DNA of 64,000 bases from Vulcanimicrobiota bacterium. Lineage in GTDB: Bacteria > Vulcanimicrobiota > Vulcanimicrobiia > Vulcanimicrobiales > Vulcanimicrobiaceae. Every line of letters starts with the position of its first letter. Within the stretch, counting starts at the first letter, position 1. Both the position numbers and the translations under genes were made by a program. Under the pieces are notes generated by a model. It was not told the DNA's origin, did no database searches, and worked only from the letters and a program-made list of their open reading frames with translations. The stretch covers positions 32,001-96,000 of the forward strand of contig CAWGBN010000003.1 of the NCBI GenBank assembly GCA_963820825.1, given 5' to 3'. Shown here in pieces: positions 17,441-26,299 of the stretch.

Positions 17441-18840
17441 GGAACGACCGTAACGGGTTCGATGACGCTCTCTTGGCCGAATCCGTCGGTGAAGCTCGCG
17501 ACGATCGTATAACGCGTAGCTACCGACACGGCCGGTGCCCGGAGCGTGATCGCGTCCTCGTCCGCCCCGACGTCCGCGCCCGTCACTTCGTGCGACTGCG
17601 CGTCGGTCAGCGCGATGCGCATTCCGTTGCGCGGGGAGAGAATCCGCACGCGAATCGCGCCGCCGCCGGCCACCTTTGGCGTAAGCACTTCGAACGTTTC
17701 GTTCGCCTCGGAGCTCGATGCCGCAGGCAGCGCCGGGTCGTTGTCGCCGACGATTTGCGCCGCCGCGCTTGGTTCGAAAGCGCCGGTATTTGCGATGACC
17801 AGCCCGGCCATCGATTGAGCCGTGCTGCGTCCACGAACCACGTGCAGCAGAACGCGCATTTCCCGTAAGCTCGGCACCGCCGGAATCGTAAAGCGGGCCG
17901 CTCCGCTGTGCGAAAACGGCTGCTGCTGCCAAACCGTGCCATCTTGACCGACGAGACGGACGTAACCGCCCGCGCCCTGCGCCGCATACGCAACGTCGAC
18001 AATCTCGCCGGGCCTCGCAACGGGCGGATTCACGGAGATTGAGGCAATCTCCGCAATCTTTTGAGCGTGCGACACCGCGCCCCGCGACGCCAGCGTGTTG
18101 AGCACTCGCGTGGCGCTTGCCGTACCCAGCGGGCCGCTCATATTCATCTGAAGCGTATAGGCTCCCGGCGCGTTTGAGGCCGGAATCGCGACCGGTATCA
18201 CTCCGGCGGCGTCGCCGAGCGTGCCCCCTTGCAACGTGTGACCGTCCGGCGCAATGACGGTATACGAAAGGCCCCCGGCCCCCGACGCTTCGTACTCGGC
18301 GCGGGCGGTCGTTCCCGCCATCACCACGGGCGGAACGGCAAACGCGGCGATCCTCGGCAGCGCCCCGTGCAACGCTTCCCCCGTTCCAAGCAGCAAGAGT
18401 CCGGCCAGCGAGATCGCCGCCGCCGCGAGATACGGACTGCGCGACTCTCGCCGGACCGGCGATGGCGCTTCGACGACGCAGCGAACTCCGTCGCCGGCGA
18501 TCTCCGCGATCGCACGCCCGAACGAGACGAAGTCGCCGGGACTTATCGGAACGAGCGTCGAGGTCGTCGCCAGCGGCGGGACCTCGATGCAAAGCGGATG
18601 CGCGAACGCCGCGTCACCGGTGCGCGAAACGAGCCACGTACGGCAGACCAAGACCGACGCCGTACCGTTGACAACTCGTAAGGCGTAAAGCGCTACCCCG
18701 CGATGCCGATCGAAGCTTTCGAGCGCGAAAAACGCGGAGACGCTTCCGGCCTTCGTCTCGACGGCGGTTCCCGATCCATACGAAGCCGGAACCGGTGACC
18801 GCAGCTTAACCGGTGCGATGGTCGCGAGAGTGGTGCTCAC
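17437..18840 (-). CDS. Hypothetical single-TM protein with beta-rich C-terminal modules, last gene of the secretin/TadG operon
   Basis: 467-aa ORF 16 nt downstream of the TadE stop; one hydrophobic segment YLAAAAISLAGLLLLG. Confidence 0.7.
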   Translation of the reverse strand: MSTTLATIAPVKLRSPVPASYGSGTAVETKAGSVSAFFALESFDRHRGVALYALRVVNGTASVLVCRTWLVSRTGDAAFAHPLCIEVPPLATTSTLVPISPGDFVSFGRAIAEIAGDGVRCVVEAPSPVRRESRSPYLAAAAISLAGLLLLGTGEALHGALPRIAAFAVPPVVMAGTTARAEYEASGAGGLSYTVIAPDGHTLQGGTLGDAAGVIPVAIPASNAPGAYTLQMNMSGPLGTASATRVLNTLASRGAVSHAQKIAEIASISVNPPVARPGEIVDVAYAAQGAGGYVRLVGQDGTVWQQQPFSHSGAARFTIPAVPSLREMRVLLHVVRGRSTAQSMAGLVIANTGAFEPSAAAQIVGDNDPALPAASSSEANETFEVLTPKVAGGGAIRVRILSPRNGMRIALTDAQSHEVTGADVGADEDAITLRAPAVSVATRYTIVASFTDGFGQESVIEPVTVVP

Positions 18841-18856
18841 GCGGTGGTAGCGTCGC

Positions 18857-19297
18857 TCACTGCGAGATCACCATCTGCGAGGTGCTCGACATGTTCATCG
18901 AACCGGTCGAGACGAACGGTGCCAGGAACTTATACTGATAACTTACGTTGACCGAGACGACGCAGCCCGGCGCGTTCCCTGACGAGCCCGGCGGGCACTG
19001 CGACTGCGGCCACGTCGCGGTCACGTTGATCTTATTGGGATCGGTCCCGCCGACGCTGAGACTGCGGACGTAGTTTTGGACGTCGCTCGACTGCGCGTTG
19101 CAATGGTCGAGCACCGTGCACTGCGACCCCCGCACGATCGCCCAGCGCGCCCCTTGGCGCGCGAGCTGCGCGACGAACGCATACGTGTACATCACGCGGC
19201 CAAACTCCATGATCCCGAAGATCAAGGCCAAGAGCACCGTCATAACGATAGCGGTCTCCGGCAGGCTGGCACCACGCTCTCGGTTGCGAACGCGCAT
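18857..19297 (-). CDS. TadE-like minor pilin
   Basis: ERG/ASLPE leader; ARQGARWA. Confidence 0.88.
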   Translation of the reverse strand: MRVRNRERGASLPETAIVMTVLLALIFGIMEFGRVMYTYAFVAQLARQGARWAIVRGSQCTVLDHCNAQSSDVQNYVRSLSVGGTDPNKINVTATWPQSQCPPGSSGNAPGCVVSVNVSYQYKFLAPFVSTGSMNMSSTSQMVISQ

Positions 19298-19764
19298 TAT
19301 TGACTCCCTACACGCTGGACGTCGCTCGCACCAACGGGTACGTTGGTCGGAATGCCCGGGTAGCTGAAGAGCGACTTGAAGGTTCCGGACACCGTTACTT
19401 TGACGTAGTACACCAGGCTCGGCGAGACCGAGTTGGAGTTATTTACGGGGCACGGCGACGGCTGATTGTTTATCGTGCAGACGATCGACGAGTGGATCGT
19501 CCAGTTCGAAAGACTCTGCGCGTCCTGCGAAGCCGCGCCCGCCGTGTGCGAGCTCGCACTATTCGTGTTTGCATCCGCCGCGGTCTGCAAGTTTTGCGTG
19601 GCGTACTGCACGCCGGCTCGTGCGGCGTGGGCGGCGAGTATCGAGAAATACGTATAGCGACCGACTTCGACTATGCCGAGCAAGAGAAAGAGAAAGACGG
19701 GCAAGATTACTGCGAACTCGATTAAGCTCGTACCGCTCTCGGAACGTAGAAGTGCGCGTTTCAT
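19297..19764 (-). CDS. TadE-like minor pilin
   Basis: ESG/TSLIEF leader; paralog of 15051-15533. Confidence 0.88.
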   Translation of the reverse strand: MKRALLRSESGTSLIEFAVILPVFLFLLLGIVEVGRYTYFSILAAHAARAGVQYATQNLQTAADANTNSASSHTAGAASQDAQSLSNWTIHSSIVCTINNQPSPCPVNNSNSVSPSLVYYVKVTVSGTFKSLFSYPGIPTNVPVGASDVQRVGSQ

Positions 19765-20951
19765 TGCATTACCACCGCTTCTTTGACGATCGACTGGCCC
19801 GGCGCGGGCGACGCGAAATCGTAGGCCGTGTTTTGATTGAAGTTCGCAGAGCCAAAGACCAGCACGACGTAGTTTCCGTTTGCGCCGTCGAAATTCACGC
19901 TCGTCGAACCCGGCGCGTAGATGAGACCGCTCATTTTCACGTTCGGTCCGTTGAAATTTATGCTCGCCGAGTTCGACGGAACCTGATAGTAGAGGACGTT
20001 GGCGTAATTTCCGCTGGTAGGCGGAGTGAGCGTGACCGATTGATTGTCGAAGTTCGGTCCGTTTCCACCCTGCGGGACGTAGATCGTAACCCCGCTTCCC
20101 GTAATCGTCGCGCCGTTGTCGTTGAAGTTACCGCTAATGACGTATGTGCCCGGGGCAAAGGTCGTGGCGGCGTTGAGATTGAGGTTCTGATAGCAGCCGG
20201 GATAGATCGTGCCGGCATGGCCGTTTTGATTGTAGGTCTGACAGTTCGTCGCCGGCGGCGGATTGCCGGCGATATACGCACAGCCCGGAATTTGCGGGCA
20301 GGGATCGGCCACGGGAAGCATCTTCGTCGGACTGCCCTCCGTGAAGGTCGTGCCTCCGTAATTCGGCGTGCCGCCAGCGTAGCCGATATACGGTGACGCG
20401 ATCGTTCCGCCGTTGAAATTGGCGGAGAAGTTGATGTTGATCGCGCACCCCGGCGAATAAATGGTCGCGTTGTTGAAGCTGCTCCAACTATTGTTGCTCA
20501 ACAGATAGATGCAATTGCTGGGGCTGGCCGAGCTGCTGAGTACGGCCGTCGCTTCCGTCGTTTCGGGCACCCCGTTTCCGAAGCCGAAAAGGCGAGCAAA
20601 AAACGGCGTCTGCGTCGTCGTCACGGAAACGCGCACCGCACAGCTATTGGCGGCAAAAGGTCCGCTCGCAGGAGGGTTCTGCACGGCGATCGTCGCGCTC
20701 GGTGTCGAGAATCCGTTGGTCGCCGCGTCGGTATCGGCGGCATTCGCTGCCGTTTGCGAGCTGGGGCAACCCGAATGGGCGAGTGACTGCGCACCCCCCA
20801 TCGCCGCAGCGTCCGTGGCGCTTTGCTGCGCCTGCTGGCGAAACTCCCAATAGCCGACGTCTACGCCGATTGCACCGAAGCCCAGCAGCGGTGCTGCGAG
20901 GAGCGCCACGAGCGGAATGACCTGCCCTGACTCGCGAAACCGGCGTCGCAT
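19761..20951 (-). CDS. TadG-like tip pilin/adhesin (paralog 2, diverged repeats)
   Basis: ESGQVIPL, QSATDAAAMGGA; NFNG/NFDN/NFDG repeats. Confidence 0.85.
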   Translation of the reverse strand: MRRRFRESGQVIPLVALLAAPLLGFGAIGVDVGYWEFRQQAQQSATDAAAMGGAQSLAHSGCPSSQTAANAADTDAATNGFSTPSATIAVQNPPASGPFAANSCAVRVSVTTTQTPFFARLFGFGNGVPETTEATAVLSSSASPSNCIYLLSNNSWSSFNNATIYSPGCAININFSANFNGGTIASPYIGYAGGTPNYGGTTFTEGSPTKMLPVADPCPQIPGCAYIAGNPPPATNCQTYNQNGHAGTIYPGCYQNLNLNAATTFAPGTYVISGNFNDNGATITGSGVTIYVPQGGNGPNFDNQSVTLTPPTSGNYANVLYYQVPSNSASINFNGPNVKMSGLIYAPGSTSVNFDGANGNYVVLVFGSANFNQNTAYDFASPAPGQSIVKEAVVMQ

Positions 20952-22144
20952 TACTGAGCGACGACCGCCTGTTTGATGTAGGATTGGCTCGGCGGAGGCG
21001 TTGCGTAATCTTGCGAGGTGCTGCCGTTGAGGTTAGCGGCACCAAAGACGAGTACCAGATAACCGCCGGCGGCGCCATTGAAATTCACCGACGTCGGCGT
21101 CGGAGCGTAGATCAGGCCGCTATAGTTACCACTGGTTCCGTTGAAATTCGGGCTGCCCGAGTTGCTCGGAACCTGGTAGTAGAGTACGCCCGCCGTCGGC
21201 CCGCTGCTCATCGGCGTCATGGTCGCCGCGCTGACGCCATTGAAGTTCGGTGGGGAGGCGTTCGCCGTGACGTACATCGTGACGCCGTTGCCCGTGATGG
21301 TTGCGCCGTTGAAGTTTTCGCTTCCATTGAACGTGTATATTCCGTTGCTCATCGTCACGACGGCGCCGTTGAGGTTGAGGCTGTTGTAACATCCTGGGCT
21401 CAAGGGGCCGTGGTAGCCGTTGCCGTTAAAATTTTGGCAGTTGGTCGTCGGCTGCGGGTTGTTGGCGAGGTAGTTGCACCCGGCAATTTCAGGGCAGGGG
21501 TCGGCGACCGGCATCATCAGCGTCGGTTTGCCGGTCGTGAAGGTCGCGCCGTTTTGGTTCGGGGCCGGTCCGGCATAGCCGATGCTGAGCGCGTTGATCG
21601 TCGCGCCGTTGAAGTTCGCGGTGTCGTTGATTAGGATGCCGCACTTCGTGGCGGTCATGTGTCCGCCGTTGAAGTTCGACGAAACCGTCGGGCTGAGGAG
21701 GTAGATACAACCGGAGCCGGAGTTGCTGACGATTGCGGTCGCCTGCGTCGTCTCGGTGACCCCGGACGAATAGCCGAAGAGACGCTCGAAGAACGTCGAA
21801 TTGTTCGTCGTCGTGATGCTGACCATGACGGCGCAGCTGTTGCCCGAAAACGGACCGCTTGCGGGCGGGTTTGCAACGCTCACCGACACGTTGCCGGCGT
21901 TACCATAGCCATTGTTTGCAGCATCGGTATCGGCGCCGGACGTTGCCACCGTCTTGTTCGGACATCCTACCTTGACAAGCGAGGCGGCGCCCCCTGCCGC
22001 CGCCGCATCGGTCGCGGCTTGCTGCGTTTGGTTGCGATACTCCAAGTAGCCGACGTCGACGCCAATACCGCCGAAGCCCATGAGCGCGGCGAGACTGACG
22101 GCGATCAGCGGGAGAACCTGACCCGACTGACCCCGGCGCCTCAT
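20951..22144 (-). CDS. TadG-like tip pilin/adhesin with NFNG repeats (paralog 3)
   Basis: QSGQVLPL, QAATDAAAAGGA; seven exact NFNG motifs. Confidence 0.85.
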   Translation of the reverse strand: MRRRGQSGQVLPLIAVSLAALMGFGGIGVDVGYLEYRNQTQQAATDAAAAGGAASLVKVGCPNKTVATSGADTDAANNGYGNAGNVSVSVANPPASGPFSGNSCAVMVSITTTNNSTFFERLFGYSSGVTETTQATAIVSNSGSGCIYLLSPTVSSNFNGGHMTATKCGILINDTANFNGATINALSIGYAGPAPNQNGATFTTGKPTLMMPVADPCPEIAGCNYLANNPQPTTNCQNFNGNGYHGPLSPGCYNSLNLNGAVVTMSNGIYTFNGSENFNGATITGNGVTMYVTANASPPNFNGVSAATMTPMSSGPTAGVLYYQVPSNSGSPNFNGTSGNYSGLIYAPTPTSVNFNGAAGGYLVLVFGAANLNGSTSQDYATPPPSQSYIKQAVVAQ

Positions 22145-23565
22145 CGGGTGAGGATCTCCGGCGTCATCACGAAGACGACGTCCGACTGGTTATTTTGATA
22201 GGCCGTCGAGGTGAAGAGCTTTCCGAGGATCGGAATAGACGAGAGGATCGGAATTCTCGAGACGGTCTTCATCTCGACGCGATTAACGAGGCCTCCAAGC
22301 ATAATACTCTCTCCAGGTCGGGTCGTCACGTCGGTTGAGAGTTTGCTCACCAGTAGTGCCGGAATGGTAAAGCCGGAGACGACAACGGCATTGGCATAGT
22401 CGAGCCGGGAGATCTCCGGCGCGACCACCGTGTGAACCGAACCGTTGCCGAGGATTTCGGGCGTTACGTTCAACTGTACGCCGTAGGGTTGATACTGAAC
22501 GTTGACCGCACCGAGTCCGGTCGACGTTACTACCGGTATCTCGCCCCCGACTAAGAACGTTGCCTTGGCTCCGGGACTCGTTACCAAATTCGGGCTAGAG
22601 AGAACCCTCGCATGGCCCTCCTGCATGAGCAGGTTCAGGGTCGGAGCTAGAGTCACCGTACGGAAGAACGGCTGAATCGTGAAGCCCAACCCCGCGGGTG
22701 GTTGCGAGAATCCCTCAACTACCGGAAATGACGGACCACCCAACGTATAGGTTTGTGGGTTAATTGCCGGATTGAAGGATGCCGAATTCAGTTGCAGCCC
22801 GAGGTTCGATTGGGCCGTTTTATCGACCTCGAGCACGTAGACTTTGATATCGATCTGGCTATTGCTTAAAGAGTTCAAACGATCGATCAGCTGCCCGTTG
22901 CTCGCAAGATAGGGTCCGGCGAGGCCGCGGGCACGATCGAGAATGGCCTGTGCGGTAACCGCATCGGTGGCGTTGCCGCTCACGATCACGTTACCTTTTC
23001 CATCGGGATCGACGCGAATATCGCTCGCGCCGGGTATGCCGGCGATTGCGTGCTGCAGATCGCTGAGATTCTGGGATATCGTTACCGCGTTGACGATGAC
23101 CGCATCTTGCGCCTTGAGCACCGGCTGGAACCGGCCGATGATGTCGTTGATCTGCTGGAACTGCGCCCCGTCCGACACCGTACCGCGCACGACGACCGAG
23201 TGATCGAAGCTGACGACCTGGACGCTCGGCGCCGAGATCGCGCTGCGCAGCATTTGGGCGACGTCGTCGAGCTGCTGCTGGGTCACCGTTACCTCATAGG
23301 TGACGCGGCGCCCGCCGGCCCAGATAAAGACGGTCGTGTGGCCCGGCGCCTTTCCGTTCACCACCACCTGCGAGGTGCCGACCGGAACGACGCCGGCGAT
23401 CCGGCCGTCACCGACGGCAACGCGGGTCAAGCCTTCGGCCTTCAGTAATATGGAGTGGCCCGATTGAATCGAGACCAGAGTGATCTGGTCCGCGCAGACC
23501 GGCGCTGCGGGCGCAGCAAGGGCCGCGATTAGAAAGGGAATTATCCGCCGACTTAAAGCGTTCAT
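22141..23565 (-). CDS. cpaC: RcpA/CpaC Tad secretin
   Basis: RVAVGDGRIA...GKAPGHT N-terminal domain; ATFLVGGEIPV; IPILSSIPILGKLF; VFVMTP. Confidence 0.92.
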   Translation of the reverse strand: MNALSRRIIPFLIAALAAPAAPVCADQITLVSIQSGHSILLKAEGLTRVAVGDGRIAGVVPVGTSQVVVNGKAPGHTTVFIWAGGRRVTYEVTVTQQQLDDVAQMLRSAISAPSVQVVSFDHSVVVRGTVSDGAQFQQINDIIGRFQPVLKAQDAVIVNAVTISQNLSDLQHAIAGIPGASDIRVDPDGKGNVIVSGNATDAVTAQAILDRARGLAGPYLASNGQLIDRLNSLSNSQIDIKVYVLEVDKTAQSNLGLQLNSASFNPAINPQTYTLGGPSFPVVEGFSQPPAGLGFTIQPFFRTVTLAPTLNLLMQEGHARVLSSPNLVTSPGAKATFLVGGEIPVVTSTGLGAVNVQYQPYGVQLNVTPEILGNGSVHTVVAPEISRLDYANAVVVSGFTIPALLVSKLSTDVTTRPGESIMLGGLVNRVEMKTVSRIPILSSIPILGKLFTSTAYQNNQSDVVFVMTPEILTR

Positions 23566-23573
23566 CGTTGAGT

Positions 23574-23609
23574 ATTATGCCACGGATTCCGGCGTTAACG
23601 CGTTAACGC
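23574..23609. promoter_or_regulatory. Extended -10 (TGGCATAAT, minus strand) 8 nt before the secretin ATG, plus perfect 18-bp palindrome GCGTTAACGCGTTAACGC
   Basis: Palindrome at 23592-23609 in the divergent intergenic region; related motif at 16903-16918. Confidence 0.55.
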
Positions 23610-23712
23610 AATGAGGACGTTGAGTTAGAATCGCGGCAAACGGCCTCGCTTCTGTTGCCAAGGCGGCGGCAGTGATGGCATGATACAGCGCACCAGGAGC
23701 TAGGAGGTTTCC

Positions 23713-24456
23713 ATGCGGCCTTATCGTCAGGTGGTTCTTCCTTTACTCTGCTGGCTGATTTCGGCACAAGGCGCCGCGGCAGCAGCAGGGCAAGGAGTTC
23801 CGCTCGCAACCGTCGCCCACGATGCTCACCTCGAGTATACGTGGCTGGCGGCGACGCGTGCCGTACAACTGAGCGGCCCCGGAATCGTGCTCGTTGTTCG
23901 CCCAGGCGACAATGTGTACGAAGTGGACGATCGTGTCGAAGTAACCACAGTTACGCCACGCTACATCTCCAACGACATCTACGTCTCGCAAGCGCTTGCT
24001 ACACACATCACACAACTTGCACGGCAAGCGTACGCACTCGTCAGCGAGCAGGAAGCACAAGCTGCGAGCCAAGAGAGACTAGAACAGCAGCAGCAAGCCG
24101 GCGTGCCGGAACTGCGCGGCACGATCGTCCTCAATGCCACGCCACTCCAAGGAGCGGAAGCGGTACTCGTCACGGGTAATGCGCCACCGACGGCCCCCGT
24201 CCGGATCACGCTTCTCGCTACGCTCTCCTCCGAGCTACCCAACGTGCTGCTCAGCCGTCACGACCTGACGGCAGGGCCGGATGGGAAGTTCCAAGCGATC
24301 ATTCCGATTTCGCCCGACTATATGCGCGACACATTCATCCACGTTCTGGCAACGTCGTTGCCGGGCGTAACCTCGGCAAGCGCGCAGCTCTTGGTCATGG
24401 CACCGAATACCGGGATCAACGTGCCCGCTGACGCTTTTCCCGGTGGCATCTGGTAA
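23713..24456 (+). CDS. Secreted hypothetical protein heading the Flp/Cpa operon
   Basis: AGGAGG RBS; signal peptide; N-terminal region loosely like copper-amine-oxidase N-terminal/stalk domains. Confidence 0.7.
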   Translation: MRPYRQVVLPLLCWLISAQGAAAAAGQGVPLATVAHDAHLEYTWLAATRAVQLSGPGIVLVVRPGDNVYEVDDRVEVTTVTPRYISNDIYVSQALATHITQLARQAYALVSEQEAQAASQERLEQQQQAGVPELRGTIVLNATPLQGAEAVLVTGNAPPTAPVRITLLATLSSELPNVLLSRHDLTAGPDGKFQAIIPISPDYMRDTFIHVLATSLPGVTSASAQLLVMAPNTGINVPADAFPGGIW

Positions 24457-24470
24457 ACAAGGAAGGACTT

Positions 24471-24632
24471 ATGTTCAGCATCCTACCCTCCATGATCCGC
24501 GACGAAGAGGGTGCGACGATGGTCGAATACGGACTGCTCGTTGCATTCATCGCTCTTGTTGCGCTCGTCGGCGTCCAAGCATTGGGCAACGGCCTTAACG
24601 GCATGTTCAATGGCGTCGCCGGCAGCCTTTAA
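24471..24632 (+). CDS. flp: Flp pilin (absent from the ORF track)
   Basis: Manual translation MFSILPSMIRDEEG/ATMVEYGLLVAFIALVALVGVQALGNGLNGMFNGVAGSL; AAGGA RBS. Confidence 0.93.
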   Translation: MFSILPSMIRDEEGATMVEYGLLVAFIALVALVGVQALGNGLNGMFNGVAGSL

Positions 24633-24684
24633 ATCGCGGTAATCGATCTACCCAGCACTACCACAAACCAACTAAGGAGAACCA

Positions 24685-24837
24685 ATGCTAACCACCCTCA
24701 TTCGGGATGAAGAAGGCGCCACGATGGTCGAGTACGGCCTCTTGGTTGCGTTCATCGCTCTCGTAGCGATCGTGGGCGTCAAGGCGCTCGGAACCGGTCT
24801 CAACAGTCTCTTCACCGGTATCTCAGGCTCACTCTAA
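24685..24837 (+). CDS. flp: Flp pilin (absent from the ORF track)
   Basis: Manual translation MLTTLIRDEEG/ATMVEYGLLVAFIALVAIVGVKALGTGLNSLFTGISGSL; TAAGGAG RBS. Confidence 0.93.
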   Translation: MLTTLIRDEEGATMVEYGLLVAFIALVAIVGVKALGTGLNSLFTGISGSL

Positions 24838-24853
24838 ACAACCGACGAAACGC

Positions 24854-24905
24854 AGGGTTGATGGGGCGCGACTCGGGGGATTCGCGCCTCCCCAACCCTT
24901 CTTCA
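24854..24905 (+). terminator. Stem-loop after the tandem flp genes (partial terminator or mRNA stabiliser)
   Basis: AGGGTTG/CAACCCT and GGGGCGCGA/TCGCGCCTC arms followed by a weak T tract. Confidence 0.55.
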
Positions 24906-24914
24906 TATCTGGAA

Positions 24915-25424
24915 ATGCCCACTACCATTTGGTTAACCCTGGCGGCCTGTATCATCGCAAGTCTTTATGACGTGCGATCGCGGCGCATTCCCAACTTCTT
25001 GACCGGATCGCTGGCGGTCGCCGCCGTTATCGTTCATGCCCTTGGCGGGATCCAGTCGCTCGCGGTCAGCTTGATCGTGATGGCAGCGCTCACCCTCGGC
25101 GGCGCGCTGCTCCATGCCCGGGGAGGCATCGGCGGCGGCGACGTCAAACTCGCTATCGCGGCCTCCGGGATGCTGAGCTACCCGCTCTTCATTTCTTTTC
25201 TACTCTACTCGGCGATCGGCGGCGGTTTACTCGCAGTCTTCTTCCTCATCTTTAGAGGTGAGGCGCGCGCGGCATTCTCGCGAGCCGCGCTCATCGTCGC
25301 CGGCGATGCGCGCAGCATAGTCAGCCGGCGAACGACCCTGCCGTATGCCATCGCCTTTGCGATCGGGGCGCTGGCGGTCACGCTCTCACAAAACGTCGCA
25401 CCATTCTTGAGGATTCTCTCGTGA
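24915..25424 (+). CDS. cpaA: Prepilin peptidase CpaA/TadV (A24)
   Basis: YDVRSRRIPN and GGGDVKL aspartates; LPYAIAF. Confidence 0.92.
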   Translation: MPTTIWLTLAACIIASLYDVRSRRIPNFLTGSLAVAAVIVHALGGIQSLAVSLIVMAALTLGGALLHARGGIGGGDVKLAIAASGMLSYPLFISFLLYSAIGGGLLAVFFLIFRGEARAAFSRAALIVAGDARSIVSRRTTLPYAIAFAIGALAVTLSQNVAPFLRILS

Positions 25425-26299
25425 ACTTTCGGCGCACCACTTTACTCGTAGCCATCGTGCTGGCAATCGGCACGGGCTGGTTGACTTTGACCTACCTCTC
25501 GGCGTTACGCCCCGCTCCGAGCGAGCAGCGCCCCGTATTGATCGCGTCGCAAGAGATCGCGGCGCGCTCGCGGATCGTCGATACGATGTTCACCAAGGAG
25601 ATGCGCTCCTCGCAATCGCTCGAGCCCGACGCGCTCTCCGCCCCGAGCCAAGCGGTCGGGTCGCTCGCGCTCGTCACGATTCCGGCCGGATCGCAGCTGA
25701 CCGCATCCGACGTGGGGACGAACGTCGCCTCGGCTCTCCCCGTGCGGCTGCAGTCCGGCATGCGCGCGGTCAGCATTCCGGTCGACCGCGTCAAGGACGT
25801 CTCCGGTTTGATTCAACCGGGCGACCGCGTCGACGTGATCGCGATTCCGCCGGCGAAGACGAACGGTCCACCGCCCAAAGCGGCCACGATCTTCCGCGGC
25901 ATCCGCGTGCTCGCGGTCGGCAGCGCGCTCGAGAACCCTTCGGCTACTCCATCGCCCCAAGAGCAAGACGCTTCAACGGTCACGCTCGAGGTGACGCCGC
26001 ACCAAGCCGACATCCTTGCTTGGGCGGATCAGAACGCGACGCTGCGTCTCGCGCTGCGCTCGCCGCGCGAAGCGATTCGCGCCGAACCGGTTGAGATGCT
26101 GACGATCACCGGCAATACCGTCGCCGCGGCACCGCCGCCGGTTGCGCCCGCACCGTTAACCTTTCCGATGAGCCCGCAGTCGCGCGATCCGGCCCCGCGC
26201 CGATTCACCTCACCGGTCGAACTGATCATCGGCGATCAGATCGTCGATCCGGATAACCCGCAAAGCTCGCAGAGCCCGCAGAGCCCACAAAGCCAATGA
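25421..26299 (+). CDS. cpaB: Flp pilus assembly protein CpaB/RcpC
   Basis: SAF-like region; GMRAVSIPV, PGDRVDVI, RVLAVG, VTLEVTP. Confidence 0.93.
   Translation: MNFRRTTLLVAIVLAIGTGWLTLTYLSALRPAPSEQRPVLIASQEIAARSRIVDTMFTKEMRSSQSLEPDALSAPSQAVGSLALVTIPAGSQLTASDVGTNVASALPVRLQSGMRAVSIPVDRVKDVSGLIQPGDRVDVIAIPPAKTNGPPPKAATIFRGIRVLAVGSALENPSATPSPQEQDASTVTLEVTPHQADILAWADQNATLRLALRSPREAIRAEPVEMLTITGNTVAAAPPPVAPAPLTFPMSPQSRDPAPRRFTSPVELIIGDQIVDPDNPQSSQSPQSPQSQ

Noticed and set aside
15590..21680. Regularly recurring GCCGTTGAAGTT-like 12-mers resembling a CRISPR or repeat array
   Set aside because: They are the reverse complement of NFNG codons inside TadG ORFs, vary at synonymous positions, and no cas genes are present
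15530..22144. Diversity-generating retroelement or shufflon acting on the AAC-rich TadG repeats
   Set aside because: No reverse transcriptase, recombinase or near-identical template/variable repeat pair; the paralogs differ throughout, not only at adenines
23592..23609. CtrA-like box
   Set aside because: Spacing is TTAA-N4-TTAA rather than N7, and nothing else suggests an alphaproteobacterium; kept only as an unassigned operator
26260..26296. 9-nt tandem repeat encoding SPQ at the end of cpaB
   Set aside because: Short, degenerate and in frame; an ordinary low-complexity tail
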